DNA of 55,940 bases, taken from assembly GCA_000934665.2 (NCBI GenBank), contig KZ538652.1, positions 1 through 55,940 of the forward strand, read 5' to 3'. This document shows, piece after piece, positions 1 through 12,900 of this stretch. This stretch comes from Catajapyx aquilonaris (Eukaryota). Position numbers and translations under genes: made by a program. The notes below the pieces were generated by a model that was not told where the DNA came from, searched no databases, and worked only from the letters and a program-made list of their open reading frames with translations. Numbering within the stretch: position 1 is the stretch's first letter; each line of letters opens with the position of its first letter.

Positions 1-423
1 TGAAAGTATGTTCCAGTATGCGGAATATCTACCTTGAGAAATGTGCCAGACTAATATTTGCTGCAATCGTTGCATTTCGCGAAAATTAAATAAGTTTCGG
101 AGTTTTCAGATGTGACGGAGGCAAGCCACAGATAAGTATTGAATGAATTCTTGCAAAGTACCCCGATTTCAGCAAATTCGTCTGGTACAGTTCTCAATGT
201 ATATATTCTGTATATTTTAGCGTATAGGCTATTTCATAATAATTAAATCAGACTAACCGTTGGCTGGTAGCACTCGACTTTCGTTTTTTTACGACTATCT
301 CTGTGAAAATAATTTTAGGGACTTCTAAGCGACGAAAATCGTCTCCAATGCATTCATAGTGCAGACTGTATAGTGTAGACACTGTAGAGCATAAGTTATG
401 TGTACTGTCAAAAAAGAACTGAA

Positions 424-1214
424 ATTAGATCAAAAACTTTCCCTTCGGTAAAAAAAAGAGAAGTAAGACCTCCGCGGCGGAATGAAAGTACTGAAACAAG
501 GCAGGCGCACGTAAGACCTTCACCAATTGATTTAAGCTGTACCATAGGTCTTACTCAAGCAATTCTCAAGTACTGTATGGAACGGCTCGTAAAAATTACT
601 GCTGCAAACTACTCAGAGCAGTAGGTCTATTACGAAAATAAAAAATTTGGGAAAAACTAAACCCATTCTAACAGACTCGGTCCAATCGAAAAAGACCCTC
701 TAAAATTCACCAATTAACGTTTATATGTGAAAAATTAAACGTTAGACTTAAAATCAGCATCTAAAAGAGGTGACGATTCTGCATGAATGTTTCATGGCAA
801 TAATTCACACTAATCGCATATAAATTCAATGTGCTTAATATTGAAGTTCCTAATTTCATAAAACACTAATATGGAGTGGCTCATAGAAAATTAATGGGTG
901 GAATTTTCGTCGTGCTACTATTATTACTATGAACTATAGGTCTGTAGTTACTGCTAACTTATAGCAGTACCATTGCACTACACTGGTACTGCTAAGTTAG
1001 AAGTAACTAGTAGTACGACAGAAATCCCACAAATTTGTTTTCAGAAAGGAGACTTCATGAGCAGTTAATTGGAAATTGCTTGAGTAAGACCTATGGTACA
1101 GCTTAAATCAATTGGTGAAGGTCTTACGTGCGCCTGCCTTGTTTCAGTACTTTTATTCCGCCGCGGAGGTCTTACTTCTCTTTTTTTTACCGAAGGGAAA
1201 GTTTTTGATCTAAT
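424..1214. mobile_element. Non-autonomous DNA transposon / MITE with ~140-bp terminal inverted repeats
   Basis: 424-564 is the near-perfect reverse complement of 1074-1214. This explains the mirrored ORFs 400..624(+) and 1065..1280(-). No clear TSD; superfamily not assigned. Confidence 0.65.
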
Positions 1215-1372
1215 GAACAATTGAATGGAAAATATGGTAGCAAGTTGAAACTCGGGAGGTTCATTGTGGACGCCCTGCATTGTTCAGAAAATATCTTTCG
1301 CTAATAATTCGTGTTAATTCGGATATGTTAGAGGCAGCCCCCGGACACTCATACTACCTTCAGATCTTATCA

Positions 1373-1560
1373 CCTGCCGAGGAATTTTGCAGAGGGTGCG
1401 CACCTGAGATCGCCATGAGACATCCGGAGTCTCCGGATATGTGGCGACCCTACCGGACCAGGCTGATGGGACTAGTCCAGTAGGGTCGCCACATATCCAG
1501 AGACTCCGGATGTCTCATGGCGCTCTCAAGTGAGCAACTTCTGCAAAACACGTCGGCAGG
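1373..1560. repeat. Imperfect palindrome / hairpin (~190 bp), probably a small MITE
   Basis: cctgccga...gccatgagacatccggagtctccggatatgtggcgaccctac pairs with gtagggtcgccacatatccagagactccggatgtctcatggcg...tcggcagg around a short loop. Confidence 0.7.
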
Positions 1561-2374
1561 GGAGTGGGTGGGAGTGACCAGACCTTATATTCTATGGCCG
1601 TGATCAGAAGTTTGGAAATCAACTTCTCGCCATGATTTCCCCTACATATTACAGCTGCCATCTTGGAAAAGTGGCAGCAAAAACAGGTAATCTTACTTCA
1701 TGTTTTAAGCAGATAAGATTATCAAACGACAACTCAAACAAATGTTAAAGAGAGTGAGGTTAAGAATAAATACGTACTTGTCAATCTTTTGATAACTGCA
1801 ACTGTTTAGTTGAAAATCACGATTAAGATTTTTACTACCACAGGGAATTTCGAGTTGAGCAAAAGATATATATTTTCAAATTGGAGCATAGCTATCTCTA
1901 TATACCATCTATATATCATAGCTTCTCTATATACGGTATCTACATCGACAGTACACCTTTTAATTAATAAACTTAATGTTAACTGCCATTACACCGCATA
2001 CAAGAAGCCACATTCCAATATTATCAAGGAGGGCCCTTAGGACAATTCATCAGCCCTGCCTCCCCTTTCATCAACATGTCCCTTAGACTCGAAGTGCAGA
2101 TGTGTTACAAAGTTGTTTTGGCGTCCCATAATTGAAAACCACAATGTAGGGAAAATACGAGAAAGGGGACAGATTGAAGCAGAAGAGGGAGATGGCCATC
2201 ACCACAACGCTACCGATTGCAGTGGTATTAATCGGGAAAACAGGCACAGTAAATCGGCTTTTAAATAATTTTCAGCCCATGTGGAGGCCACTCATGGCCT
2301 CCTGCAGACTGAGATTTGAGAACCAACACCTGAAACAGCATTGATCAGCATCAAGTCCTCAAATAAGTACGAAC

Positions 2375-3959
2375 CTCATCCTCAGATGACTCGCTCTCAA
2401 GGTCAGACACCGCTACGTCTTCACTGCTGTCTCCACAGTCAGAGTCGCTGCCCCTTCCAGAGTGACTTTCCCTCATTTCCGACATCTTCTGTCGAGCCTT
2501 CAGTTTCGATTGCCTTGTTCCACGCTGCACTTCCACCTGAGCAAAAACCTACACCATTATTATTTTCCTCTTTGCGTAAATAAAGTACTACGCCCACAAA
2601 CTGTGGTATCTTTACAATGGCCACAGGAAAATTCTGACCGGATCAGTCACGCCATGTGCTGACCCCCTGTAACTCCCACACAATCGGTTACTCCCTCTCC
2701 ACTCTCCTTGACCAACACAGATTTTGTACCCAGCACTAGGCGGAGTCTGAAGATGACCGACACAGCATGGTTTATCATGCAGCTGCTGTACCTTTTGCAT
2801 GTCATTCCCAGGTTTAGAGGCAGCTTCTGGTGTCCCTGGATTCTTTCCAGCACCCTCGTTGTCCTGGATCTCGACCTGCAGATGAGAAGGTCACAAGAGT
2901 TGATGAGAGGTGCTGCAGAAGATGATCACAAATGCAAGACCATTTGTGTACTTGCATAATACATTTGTAGAAAACCACAATTCAAAATAATATTGTCATA
3001 GTCTTCATCCCTCCAACACATTCCGTCATGCAAGGTTTCAACAGAGATTTCTGCAGTGCTTAGTAATTTTTCCCTCCTTTATTCCCAAATTTTCAGTGTT
3101 CATTACAATGATGAATCGGCTCATGCCTCAGGGTCCTGCATATACGAGATGCTGAATGCACATGCTCTGCATCATGCAGCTGTTTTACTACACCATATTA
3201 AGTTACTTGTAGCAGCTGAAAGTCACGGCTGCCCTTCATTGTCTGAGAGAGAGGCCCAAATATGGCTTCCAAAAGAGAGACAACTGCAGGACTATCAACA
3301 CAAATGCAATGAGAACCGATGAGAACCCACTGAAACTCTACCCACATGAAAGTCTCCTAGGATTGAACTTGGAAGGCTGAGATGCTAACCACTCCGTCTC
3401 TGAAGCCCATGTGGTTGCCATAGTTGAAGCACTTACAGCCCAATCAATAATATTAACCAAGAATATTAGTCACACACATCATCTAGTTTCAGTTGCATTT
3501 TGTTTTTTTGTTTTAGTTGCTTTTGTGGAGCAGTATCTGTACAAAAAAGTTGCATGAGGAATGCAGCAGAGAAAATGGGATTTGGCATGACAAATTCTGC
3601 ATTAGCAAAATGAGTGGATCAGGGGCACCAGTTCAGACATGCCAACGTACACAGTATGTATGAAAGGCAAAGTTGGTCTGCTTGCCAATTTGATAGCAAA
3701 GGGTGTTTCGTCTATCTTGGAAGATTGACACTTTTCCCCCTCTCAGCTGGACAAGCAGGGTACAACTTTCACATTGACTATGTCCAGGGGCAATCAGAAC
3801 CCTTACCTCAACCCTGTTTACCTGAACTGGGGCTGTGTCTGGCCTCGTCTCCCCCTGGTCTAGTGAAGTGGATTCCGCTTCTGGCAGTCCCACATCGCCT
3901 GGGAGGGTTTCGCCACCATGGCCATCCTCCTTCTCATGCCCGGGCGGCAACTCATCTCC
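2375..3959 (-). CDS. Acidic/linker exon cassettes of the modular TF gene family (exons 3959-3822, 2875-2792, 2536-2375)
   Basis: Each has AG/GT boundaries, a length divisible by 3 (138, 84, 162 nt) and an open frame (GDELPPGHEK..., VEIQDNEGAG..., VEVQRGTRQ...SSEDE). Paralogous to exons at 6773-6636, 55367-55284 and 55021-54860. The transcript they belong to is unclear. Confidence 0.6.
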
Positions 3960-4186
3960 CTGAAACCAGACGTTCTGTCACAGATGCGCCTCCGTTTGCA
4001 CCACAGGAATGAGAAACTGAAACCAACCTTGAGTCCACCACTACCAGGCATCAGGTGCTCTTGGTCAGGTCTGGACTGGTGCTTCTCTGCCCTGCATTTG
4101 CCACCACCAGTCTTGCCCAAGTGTGGATCCCCATACGCTGCTTTAGGAAGGGTTTTTTTCACTCAATATTTTTTAAAGTACACAAG

Positions 4187-4768
4187 TCACACTGGGGTGT
4201 ATGTCTTACCTGCATTTTCCTTGTGGACTCTACTTTTGTGTGCATATAAGCGTTCATGGGTTGTATATTTCTTGTCACATAATTTGCAGCTATACAGACG
4301 TTGTCCAATGTGGGTTCGCTCGTGTGCTGCTAACAGGTCGCTAGCATGGAACTGTTTCCAGCAAGTGGCACATTGGTGTGGCTTCTCACTGTGCCTCCTC
4401 ACGTGATATTTCCTCAAACTTTTCGATATAAATTTTTTGGGGCACAAGGGGCACTGGTATTGTTTGTATAAATGTCTGTTGTGCACATTTTTTCTGTGAG
4501 TATACAATGCAGGTTGATTCGAGTATGTCTTGTCACATAAGTTGCAGGCAAAGGGACGCTCTCCAGTGTGAATCCGCTTGTGGGTCTTTAAGAAGCCGGC
4601 CTGGAGGAACCCCTTCCCACAAGTGTCGCATTTGTGAGGCAATCCTGTGTGAGTGCGCCTGTGATTTCTTAGGTATGTTTTGTTTCGGTAATTTCGGGGA
4701 CACAGGTCACACTGATATCTCCTTCCTGCACTTGTTGCATGTCCTGTACTGACCTTGGTCAAACGAGC
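4187..4768 (-). CDS. C2H2 zinc-finger array exon (6 fingers, next finger degenerate)
   Basis: Acceptor ttttccAG at 4769-4770. Fingers include CDLCPRNYRNKTYLRNHRRTH, CDTCGKGFLQAGFLKTHKRIH and a TGERPF linker. The stop at 4187 falls where paralogs continue KTLQCDLC. Confidence 0.8.
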   Translation of the reverse strand, partial: ARLTKVSTGHATSAGRRYQCDLCPRNYRNKTYLRNHRRTHTGLPHKCDTCGKGFLQAGFLKTHKRIHTGERPFACNLCDKTYSNQPALYTHRKNVHNRHLYKQYQCPLCPKKFISKSLRKYHVRRHSEKPHQCATCWKQFHASDLLAAHERTHIGQRLYSCKLCDKKYTTHERLYAHKSRVHKENAGKTYTPV

Positions 4769-5141
4769 CTGGAAAAAAAGAAAAATGAGGAAAAAACCAT
4801 AATGGGTCGACACTATAATCAAATCCCGTAATCCATATTTTTTAAATGCATAATGTCAATTTGGAATGTGCTGTTCCTTACTCATTCGGTGCTTGCTTCA
4901 ACACCAAACAAACAAACCCAGCATCGCATGTCTCATTTTGCCAAATGGTCATGATGACCAAGATTCGGCTAGCAAACCTCCCGGAAAATTCGCCATATAA
5001 AATATTTCACCTTTTAAGTCTTAGAATTAAAGGTGGCCAAACTCTTCTCGATGTGACACTGTCAAGCTAATGCCACAGCTCAGAAGGACTCGAAATGAGT
5101 GCTAGACAAGTTGCTCTCTGACTTGTGAGTGAATGACTTAC

Positions 5142-5378
5142 ACTTGCTGCATCTTGATTGGTTGTTCTGGGGAACTTCTGGAGTAGGTGGGGTCTCATGA
5201 CCTTGACCCAAACCTGCAGCCTTATCAGGGGGATGTTAAACTCTTCTGCTGTTTCCCTCAACTTGCCACGACATTTGGGCTCACCAAACTCATAGGCATC
5301 GAGCACTTTGTTCTTGAATTCATGGGAGTGACGGACACGTGTTGCCTTTCTTCGGGTTGCAGACCTGACTGAGGTTGA
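5142..5378 (-). CDS. Brinker-type DNA-binding domain exon
   Basis: 237-nt phase-0 exon: HSHEFKNKVLDAYEFGEPKCRGKLRETAEEFNIPLIRLQVWVK, resembling the Brinker DBD pattern (FKLQVLESY...CKGNQRATARKYNIHRRQIQKW). GTAAGT donor. Confidence 0.75.
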
Positions 5379-5703
5379 CTGCTTTGGGGGTGGAAAAAAA
5401 CTGCTTAGATAATACCAAGGTCATGCCCAGGTTAATGTGAATTTCCCCAAATTTAGTTTTGGCATGGCTGTTTAACAGTGTGAGGCAAAATACAAGGATT
5501 TGGGTCATTTTTCAACCTCATGCAATTGACCCCAGTTATAGCCCCAACTGCAGCCACGCTCCACTGATGACACCCCACATCAATATTAACATATTATGCA
5601 AGTGATATGCCTTACAGGAGGTACCCATTTTACACTGATTTAATAGGTTCTTCCACTGCATGAAGCAGTTTAATCACCATTAGTCCTTATATACGTTACG
5701 TAC

Positions 5704-6773
5704 CTCATCCTCAGAATTAGACACCACAGCGTCTTCAGAGTCGCCTCCAATGTCAGAGTCACTGCCTCTTCCTGCATGACGTTCCCTCATTTCCGTCATC
5801 CTCTGTCGAGCCTTCACTTTTGATTTCCTCGGACCAGACCGCACTTCCACCTGAGCGAAAAGAAGACAATTTGTTCCCTCTTTGACTGAATGCCTGCAAA
5901 CCATCCCATGCGTAAAATGACACCAATGACCTTAACTCTGGACCTGTCTCCCCCCAGCACATTCCAAAGATGATAGACAATATGGGGCCAGGCACAAAAT
6001 GAGTGATAGTACCTCAAACAGTTCCCAAATGACCTAATGCCTTCTGGTTACTGGGACACAAATAAACAAGCAGAATTTCCTCCGTGCTCAGTCCATGCTT
6101 CATACCTCATCCTCAGACGACTTGCTCTCGGTGCTGCCTCCCACAACGTCCCTCGTTTCCCTCTCCTCCTGCTGAGCCTCCACTTCTGAGACTCTTGGGC
6201 CAATGTCCACTTCCACCTAAATGAAAAGTCCGTTTATTAATCCACCTCCGATGAAGAAAACCGCCAGATGTTCCCACCACAAGCCCCCCAAGAATACATC
6301 ATTCCCATTCTCACATTATGCTCTCCATTCCCGGTTTGAGCATTTGTCATTCACACAGTGTAGGACAACACCATGTTGGAAAACAATAATTCTGAGCTGA
6401 GATGTTGGCCACTTCATTATTTTGAACTGTACAATCGCGTTAATAAACTTTGTCGCATCCTTGGTGAAGGTGCAACCGGTTGCACCTCCACCAAAAAAAA
6501 AAAAGGTTAGCAAAGGGTGTTTTGTCTATCTTGGAAGACTGACACTTTCCCCCCTCTCAGCTGGACAAGCAGAGTACAACTTTCACATTGACCATGTCCA
6601 GGGGCAATCAGAACCCTTACCTCAACCCTGTTTACCTGAACTGGGGCTGTGTCTGGCCTCGTCTCCCCCAGGTCTAGTGAAGTGGGTTCCGCTTCTGGCA
6701 GTCCCACATCGCCTGGGAGGGTTTCCCCACCATGGTCGTCCTCCTCCTCACGCCTGGGCGGCAACTCATCTCC
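5704..6773 (-). CDS. Acidic exon cassettes (6773-6636, 6216-6106, 5850-5704)
   Basis: AG/GT-bounded, 138/111/147 nt, open. The VEVDIGPR...SSEDE and VEVRSGPRKSKVK...SEDE exons duplicate 30906-30796 and 30518-30357. Confidence 0.6.
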
Positions 6774-6985
6774 CTGAAACCAGACGTTCTGTCACCCAGA
6801 TGCGCCTCCATTTGCACCACAGGAATGGGAAACTGAAACCAACCTTGATTCCACCACTACCAGGCATCAGGTGCTCTTGGTCAGGTCTGGACTGGTGCTT
6901 CTCTGCCCTGCATTTGCCACCACCAGTCTCGCCCAAGTGCGGATCCCCATACGCTGCTTTAGGAAGGGTTTTCATTCAATATTTT

Positions 6986-9900
6986 TTAAAGTACACAAGT
7001 CACACTGGGGTATGTCTTACCTGCCCTTTTCCTGTGGACTCTCATTTTGTGTGCATATAAGCTTTCATGGGTTGTATATTTCTTGTCACATAATTTGCAG
7101 CTATACAGACGTTGTCCCATGTGGGTTCGCTCGTGTGCTGCTAACAGGTCACTACCATGGATCTGCTTCCAGCAAGTGGCTGGACTTGTCGCATGTCCTG
7201 AATTGACCTCGGCCAGACAAGTCTGAAAGAGACCACCACCACAATTGGTCAATGAGGTCAACGTTATAGTCAAATCCTGCAACCCCTATCCTTGCACAAA
7301 ATGTCAATCCAATATGGCATGTGCTGTTCCCTATGATGTATTCGGTGCTTCATTCAACAATAAACAAACAAATTCAGTGTCTATGGGTAATAACTGGTTC
7401 TAAGCGGGGAGGCATGGTGGCCGAGTTGGCAACATCTCGGCTTACTGAGTGAAAGGTCCCGAGTCCGATGCCCGCCTGGGAGTTCCCTCAGGACCTGCCT
7501 CAGGACCGGATCTCTGACCCAGCCTTGGAGGCCTCCGGCAACCTAACCTCCTGGGAGACTGCACATTCCGACATTGCACATGAACCCGTGTCTCCTCCCC
7601 TAAAAATCCCCACCCTTACCCCCCATGTCCTTTCTTCCCTGAGTTTGAAGAAAAACACGAAAAAATGAATGGAAAATATGGTGGTGTTCCACCCCCCAAA
7701 GAGGGCCTCTGGCCCTAGCATGGGGTAATACAAGAAAAAAGGGGGGAGGGTCTAAGCCCCCACCTGCAGGTGTAGTGAAACCCCGAGATAAGCCAAACCC
7801 TGCATAATAAGGTCCTGGCTCAAGGCCTAACGGGGAACGTGATGTGGCAGAGAAGTAGATCTTACACATCGTACACCACAATTATTCACCATCACCTTCA
7901 ATGCCAACCTTTGACTTGGCATGGGGAACAGTAATGCCGTCACTGGTGCTGGAGTTGAGGCTCACAGGACTCCTCCATTGCCACAATCCATTCTATTTGG
8001 GGCACAATATACAGGGTGAACCTCCCGAGTTTCAAAGAGCAGTAAAAAATGGAAATGCAGAGGTATTTAAGGTTTTTGCTGTTTAAACAGTTTGGAGACT
8101 CAACAAGTGAGCCAAAAACTTTTCCGTCAAGAGTTGTAGACATTTAAAATACACTAAAAATCCCCCATAAAAATAAAACCAATGTTATATAACTGAAATA
8201 GTTTCTGCTGCATCCAAGGTGAAAGGCATTGAAAAGTTTCCCTCACGGCTGGTCTGTCTTAAATTATTTTGAATCATCCGAGATACAACTAAAGATTAAT
8301 ACCAGAAGCAGTGACGTGTATCTCTTGCCTCCTGGTAAACTGGCCTCGCAGTCAGCAGGTACATCACTATTGTTGCAATTGCCTTTGGTGTGTACATCAT
8401 CGTGCCCCTCCACTTCCTCCATCTGCTGTGCATTCTCAATGGCTGGATTTTCACTTTCGGGCATCCCCACCTGCAAAAGTGAACGTTTTAGTTTAGACAC
8501 TTACATTTTTGAATGAACTGGTCTTACCACAGAAGGAGACTCCATATTTGCTTCATTGGGTCCAGACTGGGATGATTTGGATCTCTTCTTCTCCCTACTT
8601 GGAAAAATCCCATTGAACAAGTGAGCTGGGCGGTTTCTGCCGTGCCTCCTGAGATACAAGGAACAAGCGTTGCACAACCGATGGTTCTTCTTATCACGCC
8701 GCCAGTCACACGAGACGGATGTGTTGCAGTTGAAGCAGCTCCGACCCCGATCACCACCCTGCAATCATCACAGAGTGTGTCATTCACACAATGTAGGACA
8801 AGACCATGTTGAAAAACAATCATTCTGAGCAGAGATATTGGCCACTTCCAGGTTTAGTTCCCCGGAGCGCCTCAACAGCAGAAAATTTCTAAATTCAGCA
8901 CCAAGACGACCAAATGATGGAAAAAAATGACACTTCAGGATTTATTATTTCCAAGACTACTAGACGTGATGTTGTCCTTCTCCAGGGGCAATGAGTAGAT
9001 GACCATGTACTCACCATATTAATTTCATACTCTTAGCATGCGTTTAACAATTTCATTGGACAACCTGAAATGTGCCCTTTTCGCACAACAATGGAAATAT
9101 TTGAGTATTTCCATTTTACGCTCTAGGTTAAAACGGTTGCCTCCAAAATGTTCATCATCTCACGGCCGTTCATTTGATATACGTATAATATAATGGGGTC
9201 ACAACAATACATTCTGAGATGGCCAAGCCACCAACTGGGCCGCCTTGTCATAGAATGACCCAGGCTCACCCGGCCACCTTATTTTTTTAAATATCTTGGA
9301 CCCTATTACGAACACAACAATGGAAATGCATACCACTGAAAGGTTATGAGTAGCAGATTACCCACAATAATATTCGTAAAATTCGACTCTGTGCTGGTTG
9401 TCACGTCAAGAGTCACGCAACTTTTATTATATTATATTATATTTATATATTTATATTATATTATATTTATTTATATATTTATATTATATTATATTTATTT
9501 ATATTACTACTATTATATTATATTATATTTATATTACTACTATTATATTATATTTATTTATATTACTACTATTATATTATATTTATTTATATTACTACTA
9601 TTATATTACTATTTATTTTTCTGTGCTGGTTGTCACGTCAAGAGTCACGCAACTTTTATTATATTATATTATATTTATATAACAATATATTATATTTTTA
9701 TATTTATATTATATTATATTTATTTATATTACTACTATTATATTACTATTTATATTTGTAATATTGGACAAAAGGGCAAAAGAGGCGCATCAGGCCTCCT
9801 TATTTACTGTATTTGATATCTCGGACCCTAAGACGCGGGGGAAAATGAAACTTGCACCCCTGAAGGGATATGACCTGCCAAAATGACACGTAATTTTAAT

Positions 9901-12900
9901 CGGAGAATCTTTTGGAGGTTGTCTGCGGGTTCGGTGTTACCTTGCAGAATTTAAAGCCCCATTTTGCATGTATCCAGGACGCATAATTATAGGTTCTTCC
10001 ACTACACGAAGCAGTTGTTGTGTATTGGGTGGCTGGTAATAAGGTCACCGGCTGATGAACATACTTACAGGTGTATTGCAAGTACAGTAAAACTTCTATA
10101 AGTCGAATCTCCATGGGACCGGAAAAAAACTTCGAGTTATATAAGATTCGAGTTAGAGAAGTTCGGAATTTTTTAAAGCACATAACGCTATAATAAAGCC
10201 TACCTTCATAGCCAGTGCTGAAAGGTGTTCATAACTTAAAAATAACTATCACTATCACGCTTACAATGTTCCTCGTTGTTTCGGTGTAAAAGAAATCTCT
10301 GTTACGGACATTGGCCTACTCTTAGATTCAAGGATTCAATTGTCACAATCGAGTCAAACACTTCTTTGGGTACGTCTGGTAGACAGAGATCAGAAAATTG
10401 AGCCTTTCTGTACATGCTGTGGCCTACTCTCGACCCTTCGGCTGGGAAATTAGAAAATTTTCCTTACTCGCCAACATGAACTTGGACTTAGGGAGACTGA
10501 AAATGCATTGATATCCCATCGTAGAATCATCTTGGGTGATTACGAGGGGTGGAAGCCGCCTAAAAAAACCTGCACAGATGTCGCAATAGGATGACGTCCC
10601 CTTCTCGTGCATAACATATGATGTGGTACATGGCTCTCTTAAAGGGACACTCCACTCAAAATACAAGTTGGGCTGTAAAAATCGGGCAAAAAATCCAGAC
10701 TCCGAGGGTATAAGCAGTTTTTCTGAGAGATGAACGGTAAGGCCAGGGCGAAAGCTGGAAGTGTGTCGTTCGAAAACCGCGCTCAATCGGGCCCGGTGCA
10801 GGTGGCGACGCCACCCCAAGGGTGACGTTGGATAGTAGCGCCGCCCTTCCCAACGGGGACATGGATAAGTTGCCTGCGGGCATGGGGATCCGTGGGGATC
10901 TGGTTGGATCTGGTTGTGTCCGAAGCCAACTTCCCCTAGCGCCCGTTGGGAAGGGTGGCGCTACTATCCAACGTCGCCTAACTTGGCCAGGTGGCCAGGC
11001 GGCGCCACCCCTTCTTCTTCTTCTTCTTCTTCTTCAGCCCCATCTTGTGCATGAATGGCGAGAGAAACCAATGTCTGTCTGTCTGTCTGTCTATCTGTCT
11101 GTCTGTCCATTTTATACCAAATGGTGTTTCAGGGACACCTCTCTACGATCTCGTATCTTGGGAGATTGACACTTTTCCCCTCCTAAGCTGGACAAGTCAA
11201 GTACAATTTTCACATTAACTGCACGTACATTCTTGTTAACAGGAGTGTTGGAGCAGAGCCGTGAAGCGGCAGATGTGGAGAGCTATACTCTCAGTGGGGT
11301 TAAGAGGGCCAACTCCTAAAAAGATGGAACTCTCTGTACCAACAAGGAAGCTGGGAAGGAGAGCTAATAATGACCCCACACCACAAGCAGAGAAGCAAAC
11401 TGGCTTGGGCAACCTGACTTACTCGTTGGATAATGAGGAGGGGAGAGATGGCCAGAGCTGCACGTGTAACAGCCATTGACCTAAGGTCTGGGCCAGAACC
11501 AATGCCATCCTCATCAACTGAAGACTCACACCGTGAAGTATTGTACCTAGTTTAATGTTGTGCGATGTAGAGGACATTTATACTGGATGGAAAATCTTTC
11601 TGAAATGCAGCGATTCCCCTACGTTTAGGTTTTAAGTTCATTAGAGCCAAAGCAACTCTGGCTATCTGGCTATGAGGAGATGAAAGGTGGGACAGACGGA
11701 GACAGAAATAAAAAAGAAAAGAGGAAAGACTGGTATCTCTCTTAGTTCACCATTCACGTGCCACACAGGAGAGGAAATTAGTGATAGTTTGATTCAACTT
11801 ACACCTGCTGTACTGCATGTCACTGCATCTGGCGTTGGGAGTTTGGATGACAATGGAGGTTGAGTTGTTCCTTCTGACGATCTTGGCTGCTGCGAGAAAA
11901 ATGGACAAAAGATTATAAAATTACAATGCCATTGTCATGCATTTTCTTCTTGACTACAATGCACCAAGTATTTTAAAATGTTCAATTTAACTCTCTGAAG
12001 CAAGAGTATTTCCCTTACACTTGCAAGGAATGGCCTGGCAGGTGGGATTCAAACAGGGTTTTTAAAAACTTGATATGCTAACATGTCATTAGCGTTTTAC
12101 TTTGCATTACATTTCCATACGCCTGAGTTCCCATTAGCTTTCAAATCCAACTTCTCCGATTTGCCAAAAGCTTGTAGGAGCAATTCGAATGGAAAACAAC
12201 AAAAATAAACGTGGCAGCTTAATCCCAACACGTGTTGTATTGCCCACCTCGTCTACACATCCAGCTTGCTTCAATAATTTGGTAATAAGTGGTGGTGGGA
12301 TCCCATCAAAGTGACACAAATTGACAATGTCTATGTGAGCATACAAAACTTATTGGAAGGGGATTCCCTTTTGTGCCCACCAAACTGTTTCAGATGTGAT
12401 ACTGTCAGCTAATTCTCAGAAGTACTCAAAATCAGTGACTCTTGCGTGAATGACTCACATTTTCTGGACTGCTAGTCGAGGCATCTTGCATTGTTGGTCT
12501 GGGGGCCTTTTTGAGTAGGTGTGGTCGTAGGGACTTGACCCAACCCTGCATAGTCCTACGGTTCACATCAAACACTCGAGCAGTTTCCTTCAAATTGCCA
12601 CGACACTTGGGCTCACCAAACTCATAGGCATCTAGCACTCTGTTCTTGAAATCCAGGGAGCGACAGACAGGTGGTGCCACAATTCTGGTCGTGGGAATTG
12701 TTGTGGTTGCCTGGTATGGGCCGGGTGAAAGAAATGCCACTTAGATAATACCGTCAAGGTCATGCACTCATTACAGGCTTAAATGTGATTTGGCATAAAT
12801 CGGGTACTTCCTGTACTGGCAAAGAGTGTTTTCAATAGTTCATTGCATGTGTGCTGAAAGGTAGACCCTGAGTGAACCTATCTGTTGCTATTGGAAAATA

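Noticed and set aside
3614..4406. Plus-strand ORFs (also 6422..7060, 15826..16527, 18549..19145, 33260..33754)
   Set aside because: Antisense shadows of the minus-strand exons, with no recognisable domains.
9346..9816. Y/I/L-rich ORFs of 156 aa and 94 aa
   Set aside because: Translation of AT-rich low-complexity DNA that is absent in the paralog.
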